Shown piece by piece: positions 55,809 to 64,000 of a stretch of 64,000 bases of DNA. Below the pieces are notes generated by a model. The model was given only the letters and a program-made list of their open reading frames with translations. It had not been told where the DNA came from and did no database searches. The DNA is from Chrysomallon squamiferum (lineage: Eukaryota > Animalia > Mollusca), in the NCBI GenBank assembly GCA_012295275.1, contig CM022676.1:5704001-5768000 (forward strand). The letters run 5' to 3'. The translations under genes and the position numbers were made by a program. Position 1 is the stretch's first letter, and each line of letters opens with the position of its first letter.

Positions 55809-58789
55809 GCCTTTTCTTTGTTCTTATTTTTGTTTTAATAGTAATTTAATATAAAAAAGAATTTTTATATTTTACTTTTTTAAATATTTTTGGGGGGTAT
55901 ATTTGTTATTGTTGTTGTTAATATTATTATCAGTCTAGTTTTTATTTATTTTATTAAAACTTAACATTTTTTAATAATAACTTTTTTCTGTTTCTGTTTT
56001 TTTTTTTTAAATTTTATAGTTTCTTTATTTACTTTTTCCTTTATTCATTAAAAATAATAAAATATAATTTCAGGACTTTTTAAATAATTTTAATGATTAT
56101 TTATTTTTCAATAGAAAAACTTTATTTTAAAATATATTCTCTTAATTAAATATTTCAAATAAGTACCAACCAATTAATTCCTCTTTTTGTTTTGTTTCTT
56201 TCTTTCTTTTCTTAAACAGTCTCATTATACATCAAAAAAAAGATCAAAACGTAACTCTTTTTAAAACAATTTAATCATTATTTTATTTTTATGTTTATTC
56301 ATGTAAATAAATTCTGCATTCTCCGCAACTGTTACCTATTCAAACCTTTCACCAACATACATGTGTAATGTGTTTAGTTTTGCTATTTCAACCTTTATCA
56401 TACAACTTATTCATTTTTTTCTCTCTCTCTCTTTTCTTCTGAAAAATCATCGAATATTCGTGCGCACGGCGTATAAATCTGTCATGTGCTAAAGTCGTTA
56501 CTACGTCAGACCTTAATGGCAGACGGCAATTTCTATGTTCGGCTTTGTACGTCTGCAAAGTTTGTTGCGATGTTTTAAACATTCCACGCCATAAATGGAA
56601 AGTACTTAGTGACATTCGGGGTCAGTGGTGTTGCAAGTAGCATTTACTTCCGGGTCAGTGATTTAGCAAAGTAAAATTTATGATGCAAAGTTAATAAAAA
56701 AAAACCCCAAAACACTAACTGGCGTACGCCTCGTTGCTATTATTTGGGTCGATGCTATCTGCGATGAATGGAATTGATATAATGAGCAGTAAAGAAGGGC
56801 TTGTGGATAATTTATGTATCTTTGAGTATGTCATGGATGACCAGTCCAACTTAGCTACTAATGCATTAGCCAGACGTCACGGATCGGTGAATTGTTTGGT
56901 TACGCTTATGAAAATTTAAAATTGCCAATATCAGGCATGAAAAAGATCCTTTAAATTTTAAAAACCTGAATTTAGATGAAATAATAATTCACATGCAAGC
57001 AAACAAAAAAAAAAAAAAAAAAAAATCAAAAAAATAAAAATAATAAAGAAATAATAATAATAATTATAAATTAAAATAAAGAAGTAAATAAATAAAAAAA
57101 TAATAACAGAAACAAATTGTTAGCCAGACAAGTAAAGATAAAAAAAAAAAACTTTATTTCAAATATCCAGTCATCGCAAGTGTCTTAAATGCTTTTACGA
57201 AAACCACTGCTCTTTGTAAAACGTCTCTATCAAACTTTATAAATGTCAAAACGCCTTCAGTACTCAGCGACCATGCAATGTTTCGTGTACCCTGTCTAAT
57301 AACATCAGGAGGAGACAACTCTAAATTAAAAAAATAATAATTTAATTTAAATGGCTGGCTTACGAAAAAAGTTAATTAAATTATGGCTGTTGTGAAACAA
57401 ATTAGGTGTAAACTTTGAGAGAGAGAGGAAAAAAAAAAAAAAAAAAAAAAAAAAAATAGTTCGAAAGAATTGTTGTCCAAAATATCAGGCAGAAATAAAA
57501 TTAGTTTATGAATGAAAGTCTAGAAGCTAATGATAGAGAAGCGAAGCCATTTTAAAACTTTTTTCTATATTTTTTTTTTCCCCTTTTAGATCTTTCATAT
57601 TCGATTTTTTAAAAGGTTTTTTAATTTTTAAGGTTCAATTTTTTTTTCCAACATTTTCATCATTGTTTTGCGTATTTTTACTTACTTTTTATATGTTTCA
57701 GTTTATTAAAAAAATAATAATAATTGTAATAATAAGAACAATAGCTAAATAAATAAATAAACTATTATGTTATTTCCAAAATGGCGACGTTTTTCGTAAC
57801 AAAGAACGTTGTAGCAAATCTCTCATTATGCTTCGTCTTTCATCACACTACAAAATTGGTTATGATAATTTCAAAACCCGAAATGAACTAGTCGAAAAAA
57901 AAAGAAGAAGAAATATATAAAAAAAAAAATAAAGTAAAGAAAGGAAGAAAAAAACAGAGTGAGAAAGAAAGAAGAAAAATTAAGTGATGAAAGATATATA
58001 GATAATTTATGATTTGTTAGGTAAGTTTACTCATTTTGACTTCATAATTGAGTCATTATGTACAGACCGACAGACGAACAGAAAAAAAAAAAAAGAGAAG
58101 AAAAAACTTACAAGACACAATAATAACATCATAAAGAAAATGGAAAAACGAGAAATAAAGAAAAAAGGGACAGAAAAAAAAAATAAAATAACATGGAAAA
58201 AAGAAAAATAACAGAAAATAAAAAAGAATGAAAAAAGCAGAAGAAAAAGGGAAAATATCTATTAAAATAAATTATGATGAAAAGGACAACAGAGAAAGAA
58301 AAAAAAATAACAAAAGCAAAGAAAATCCAAAAATCGTATATAATATAAATTACGAAATAAAACAAAAAGAGAGAGAAAAAAAAAGGACCATAAAGAAAAC
58401 AAAAATGAAAAAAACAACAAAAAAAAACAGCTACAACAAGAAAACGAAAAATAAAAGAACAAAAGGTAAAAATAAAAATAAAGAGAAAATGTAGACAGAA
58501 CCGTTTGTTTCACAGTTGAATGAAATATTAGCTCAAGTCAAAAAGTTTACCATCGGAGTATTCGTGTTGTCAAAAGAATACCATTATTAATATTTACTAC
58601 AACGGAACAACAAATAACCTCATTTCAATGCGTTCTTTTTTCTTCTTCTTCTTTTTTTTTTATTCTTCTTCTTTTTTTTTATCCTTCTTCCATCCTGAAT
58701 TCCTGAGCTTTGGTTCTTGGCCAACAACAATTGTCTTTTGTTATACTACAGAGAATATTTTAGTTTGAAAAAAACAAAAAATAAAAAAT

Positions 58790-59350
58790 TCCAATTTGGT
58801 GGTTGAAATGGTCTAAAAATTCTCTATATTTTCAAATACTTATTTTATCGTTAAACTTTTTTCTTTTTTTTAATTACAAATGGATGCCAAAAAGCCAATA
58901 AAACTTTTTTTTGGAGATAATGTACAACAAGAAAATGTTTTCAGTTTCTTAACTTTTAAGTATACATTTGGCGGTTAAAATGTTCTAAAAAAAAATTATA
59001 TTTCCAATTTATCTTTTTATCGTTATGTTTCGTTATTTATTACAAGAAGCAAATAAATCATAATTTTGAAGTAATGCTAAACTTTAGATAAATTTCAAGT
59101 GTATATATGGCTGTAAGAATAAATAGCCTTATAAAATTCTTTATATTATCAAGTTATTACTTTATCATTTTACTTCGTTATTTTTAAAGATCGTTGCTGA
59201 TAAACAGATAAAACATAACTTTGAAGTAATGCAAAACTTCAGGAAAAGTTATCAATTTCAAAAAAATTAAATATTCATATGCAGATATTAATAAATAAAT
59301 TGTTGAATTATGCTGTTAAGCGTATATTTTTTTATCATTATACTTTATTG
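58790..59350. repeat. Degenerate ~150-170-bp tandem repeat, about 3 copies
   Basis: Recurring gg(t/c)ggtt..aaatg..ctaaaa, tttatcgtta and tttgaagtaatgc blocks. Confidence 0.55.
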
Positions 59351-59593
59351 TTAATTAATGTTACGAGGAAAAAAAAAAAAAAATAAGAAGTAAACAGAAT
59401 AAATTTAGACTTCTTTGTTGTTTGCTATCATTAACTTTTGTTTAGTTCTTTAAAAGTTTTACGAGCAATTTTAATTAGTAAAATTGCCGGCTGACAATAA
59501 AGGTATTTTCAGACGTTCTTTTTTAAGATATTTAATTTTGGTAATAGCTTTTAATTTCGGGGAATCATCTTTTTCTCCCTTATTCTGTTATGA

Positions 59594-59627
<34 letters not shown>

Positions 59628-59963
59628 CATAATAAATGTATTTTGTAAAAATATAGCTTAGAAGTTTATTTTGAAGATAATTTAAGAACAGGCTAATTGC
59701 ATTCAAGAGTTAAGTAGGTTCTCTTACATACACCTTCTCTTTTCATTTCAAATTCTCCACCTTTTCATATTCTGTCAGACACACGCCTTTTGTAAAAACA
59801 AAATTTAAAAAAAAAAAAAATTCCTTTATAATTAAACTCGTTTCATACAGAAAGATTCTTTTTCCACTTTACCGAATACACCCCTTTTCTGAAATTGGCT
59901 CTTTAATTTGTCAGTCTTCAAAAGTTTCCCTTCTTAAAAGCTCTTCTTTGTAATAATAAAAAC

Positions 59964-59994
<31 letters not shown>

Positions 59995-60344
59995 CCTATA
60001 TTTACTTTAAAAGTTCATTTTTAAGCCTGCGTTAAAATCAAGCATACTTTTTCGGTTTTCTGTTTAACATCTTGGCTACGAAATTATGTAATAAAATAAC
60101 TGTTATTATAGAAATATGTTTCATTTACTCCATTTTCCTCCCCCCATGCACTTCGTCCCTCTTTTGCTTTTGTTTAATCTCTTCGTTTCTTCCTCTTTAT
60201 TACTGAAATCGAAAAACCGATCAATAAAATTTTAAATATGTCTGATAAGATCTGAACCCAGAATCTTCAGCTGAAGTGTGCGCAATAATACAAATATGCA
60301 TCGTTCTCTTTGTCTATTATTTTTCCTGTTCCATCTAGGCCTCA

Positions 60345-60420
60345 TAACAGGTTTATCAAAAAGCATGGGACTGGCGTATAATTTTATGTCTATGAGAAGG
60401 TGCGCATAACATGATAAATT
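60345..60420 (+). mobile_element. SINE core fragment
   Basis: tgtctatgagaaggtgcgcataa matches tgtccatgagaaggtgcatataa at 30368. Confidence 0.4.
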
Positions 60421-61164
60421 ACTGTTAATAAATAAATAAATAAATAAATAAATAAAAGTGAAGATAGATATGCCAGGAATGCTAAGAACATCTATTTTAC
60501 TTGATAAACTTTAACACACAATTGGCACTTTTATAACACGACAATGGCCTTTAAGGATAAAAAATATAATTTTTTTTTTTTTTTTTTTTTTTAAATCCAT
60601 TAACAATAAAATGACGTCACAATGAGTAATTTTTTTTTTGCGTCACAATGGCAGAGTTCATTGTAGTTCAGTGAGAGAGATCACGAATTGCACCTGCATT
60701 AAGAACAATAACCAACGTCAAACAATGAGAACACAATCTGTGACGCATTAAACAGAAGAAAAAAAAAAAAAAAAAAATGGCTGAAAGCTGGTCTGATTGG
60801 AATTGTATAAAAGTCGTAATGTTTGGATTTGAGCTTGTACTCTTAGATGTTTGCCTTTGATCTTCCAGCAATGTTATTGTAATTTATGAATATTAGCCCA
60901 GCATGGGAATTTGTAAATTGCTGGCTCCGTAACTTTAAGCAGACTCGCTGTTTTCGACGGAGATTGTAGGATTCTTTTTTTCCTTCATTTTCTTTTCTTT
61001 TTTTTCCCCCCCGTCTTCTTTATCAGAAAATTTTTTAAAATTAAAATTCACGCTTCCTTCGTCCTTTAATTTTTTCATTATAATTTGCAAGTTTTATTCT
61101 GTTTGCTTTCTTTTTTCATTTTTTTAAATTCTTCATTTTTTTTTTTTTTTTTTTTTTTTTTCTT

Positions 61165-61198
<34 letters not shown>

Positions 61199-61331
61199 CT
61201 TTTTTGCTGAACTTTATTAGGATTCTTTCCTCCTTCCGCGTTATCGAGTGTCATGGTGACTTTCTGGGCCTTTTTTTGTGACAGTGAGATTTCATAACGA
61301 TAATAAATTCCATTGATTTCTGTCATCTCAG

Positions 61332-61405
<74 letters not shown>

Positions 61406-61689
61406 GCATACATATGCATACAATACGGACAAACATTTCTGATATAAATACACGCATACACAAAAGAATCATCCGTTCACTAATGTCACTGTCTCATGGA
61501 CACGTCCATTTTCGCTCGATCTTGCACAAATATACGAACTCTCTTTCTCGCTCGCTCGCTCTCTCTCTCTTTCTGTATTTCTCTTTGTCTCTCTGTATCT
61601 CACAATCTTTCACACATGCACATACACACAAATGTCCTCTTCAGATTCAAATAACTGATATATTATTCGTAACAAAAGATCACGCATAC

Positions 61690-61767
61690 CGTATCACCCA
61701 TTCTTCCACATAGCCTTCTACATGATTAAACCAAAGAACGTTGTTACAAAACATACTCGATATAGAC
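61690..61767 (-). CDS. Putative 78-nt exon (SISSMFCNNVLWFNHVEGYVEEWVI(R)); possible start ATG at 61754
   Basis: Poly-T tract with gaaag| acceptor (weak -3A) and donor ACG|gtatgc. Open phase-2/phase-2 frame that continues into the 23-nt exon. A shorter alternative acceptor (catgtag|) is possible. Confidence 0.42.
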
Positions 61768-62273
61768 CTTTCAAAAAAAAAAAATAATAATAATAATAAT
61801 AATAATAATAACGCTGTCAAATGTCAAAGTCATGTCATTTCTACAAGCATATTTACAAACCCTTCCAGCTTAATTATTAACATTTTATAGCCATTGTCAC
61901 ACCTACAATAACTCACGCAGGGCCAGAGAACTGCGGTCACTACGGTAGCATATTGGTTTAATAAAGCTTAACAAAGGCTAATAAATTGATTCACAGACAC
62001 CGTTCGCCGAAGTCTGGCTTGAGACCCGTCGCTGATTATTGACCGTGAAATGGCTATAACTTGATCCGTGACAGGTCGCAGACGTCCAAAGTCCTTGACC
62101 AGTTTGTCTGACAAATGATGACTAAATACTTTACAAGATTTGTTTGTTCGTAGATTTTCGTCCCTCTTTTTTTTTTTCTTTTTTCAAAGTTTTTTTCTTT
62201 CTTCGTTTGGCGCCAAATAATAATTTGCCTGTCTCACGTCACTTTTAAATATCCGCCAGCCGCTTCTAACGTC

Positions 62274-62332
<59 letters not shown>

Positions 62333-62648
62333 TAATAATAATAACATGGACCGTACAAGACATGGTCATAAATTGTTCTGACAATTTTTTTTATTTTTTT
62401 TATTATTATTATTTTTTTGTTATTAGGGTTTCAGTTTAGAAATTCTTTTATGTTTTCATTTAGGCGATGCATCATTTTGGATGCTTTCAATTATTATTAT
62501 TTGTCACCTGGTGTGCCATGATGATAAAGATGATTATAAATTAATCATCAAAATTATTTTGTTTGTGTGTTCATGCCTGTATGCATGTGTGAGTTATCAC
62601 GATAAAGTGTGCATGTGTGTGTATGTGTGTATATGTTCGTGTGTGTGC

Positions 62649-62722
<74 letters not shown>

Positions 62723-63051
62723 AAACAAAAAGGAAAAGCCACCATGTTTAAAAGGTTCACACTTCAAAATGATTTAGCTGTAGTTTAAATTTACAGCATG
62801 AAAAAAAAAAAATATATAAAATGCTAGTGCACATGAATTAGTTATAATTAATATACAAAATCAGAAGCATCCATGTGGTGATATATTTTGCGAGGGCGGA
62901 AGGAAACCTTTTCAGAAAGCCAGAGGGAAATATAAAAATGATTAATCGACTCCCACACCAACTCATAGTCTATTTAGCTAAAATTAAAATGTTGCGGTTT
63001 AACCACATTTTGTAAATTGTTTTATTTTATTTTATTTTATTTTATTTTATT

Positions 63052-63086
<35 letters not shown>

Positions 63087-63579
63087 TGTAATTATTTATT
63101 TTTTATTGTAACAGTTGCACTTTTACCGTCTTGTTTCTTTTCAGATGCTTCTTTCTATGCGTCTGTTTGTCTGTTTGTCTGGTCTCCCTAGCTGTCCATC
63201 TGTTCATCCATCTTTCTTTTTTTTTTTTTTTTAATCCTTATTACTTCTTCTATCTTTTGTATTGCCATTATTATTAATATCATTTTTAAATAGATTAATT
63301 AGGAGATTATATGTTGTAAAAGTATTTTAATATCACTATTAAATCCAATGTTCATTTTTAATTATTTTTTACTCTTTTCTTCTTCTTTTTTTTTTCTTCT
63401 GCCTGTTAAGGCGCAGCTGTCCAACTAAATAAACAAAACAATTATTACAAAGACCAAAAAAATAACAACACAGATTATTTTGTTGCATTTCGATTAAAAA
63501 GATATCTTCCGATTATTGCGATACTCTTGGGACATTCGTACATTCGGTGATTAAACGAAAAAAAAAAAAAAAAAGAACA

Positions 63580-63960
63580 ACTATTCGTTTACGATGACCA
63601 CGGGTCAGAATCTGTTAATAATATAAAACTGGTCAAGAGGGTATTGTCAACAAAACGCGGGCCGCGTCCCGGTAAATTTCGGTGACCTTCGGAAAACGTC
63701 GGCGAACTTCGTCGAAATAAAAAGCGATCTCTTGTGACCTTGGTCACGGTTCCAGTGTCGATCGAAAAGACTATGAATATAAGCGGCCATTTTTATATTA
63801 AGTGTCCGTGACTTCTGGCGCGTACTTCCCGCACGCGCCACCCTCTCACGTGCGCTGCTTCTCGCGAAAGCACACAAAGAATACAATACACGGACAGCAA
63901 TCTCAGACGGGCTGTTCACAGTGACAAGCAAATATAATGAAGTTCGGTCGCTTGTTCGTA
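63580..63960 (-). promoter_or_regulatory. CpG-rich housekeeping-type promoter, likely for the minus-strand gene (possibly bidirectional)
   Basis: Visibly among the most CpG-dense stretches in the window. YY1 AAAATGGCCGC on minus strand (63783-63793), E2F-like TTCCCGC/GGCGCG, E-box TCACGTG (63846-63852), TCTCGCGA (63860-63867), palindromic GTGACCTTGGTCAC. Confidence 0.6.
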
Positions 63961-64000
63961 ATTAATAACTGGAATTAGACTTTTATTTGCTTAGCTATGA

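Noticed and set aside
61690-61767. Resemblance of LWFN..VEE / W..I..K...P.G to APC15 (ANAPC15)
   Set aside because: Only a few residues recalled from memory. The spacing differs and the acidic tail is absent, so no gene symbol is assigned.
61918-62107. Minus-strand exon candidate with gtgagt donor (KLVKDFGRLRPV...)
   Set aside because: All three frames hit stops before the donor, so at most it is a UTR exon.
63647-63931. 94-aa ORF including MAAYIHSLFDRHW... as the first coding exon
   Set aside because: It overlaps promoter motifs, and the only phase-compatible donor I found (AG|gtcacc) is poor. It could be a uORF or 5' UTR.

Overview
Very AT-rich, microsatellite-laden animal DNA. It is probably a mollusc (gastropod), judged from SINE fragments and a dispersed motif I associate with molluscs; this is inference. 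No long single-exon gene is present, and nearly all supplied ORFs are translations of simple repeats. Reading splice signals by hand gives a candidate minus-strand gene of four tiny phase-compatible exons (61690-61767, 36404-36426, 12682-12737, 7111-7197). They span about 55 kb and join into an unrecognised ~76-aa or longer peptide, with a CpG-rich promoter-like island at ~63.6-63.9 kb. Its giant introns hold dozens of 200-600 bp high-complexity islands rich in TF-like motifs (YY1, CTCF, RFX, NF-Y, DR1, octamer, AP-1, ZNF143), plus a nested CpG-rich promoter-like cluster at ~22-27.6 kb. This resembles a bystander gene inside a genomic regulatory block. Other notable structures: a tandem array that amplifies the terminal exon's 3' splice site between (CA)n tracts, a 1.3-kb array of stem-loops, a TACTAAC-rich minisatellite, about 20 copies of an unexplained AAGGGAGATAACTC-like motif, a Tc1/mariner transposase relic and SINE relics. 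All calls were made by eye, with no database searches.
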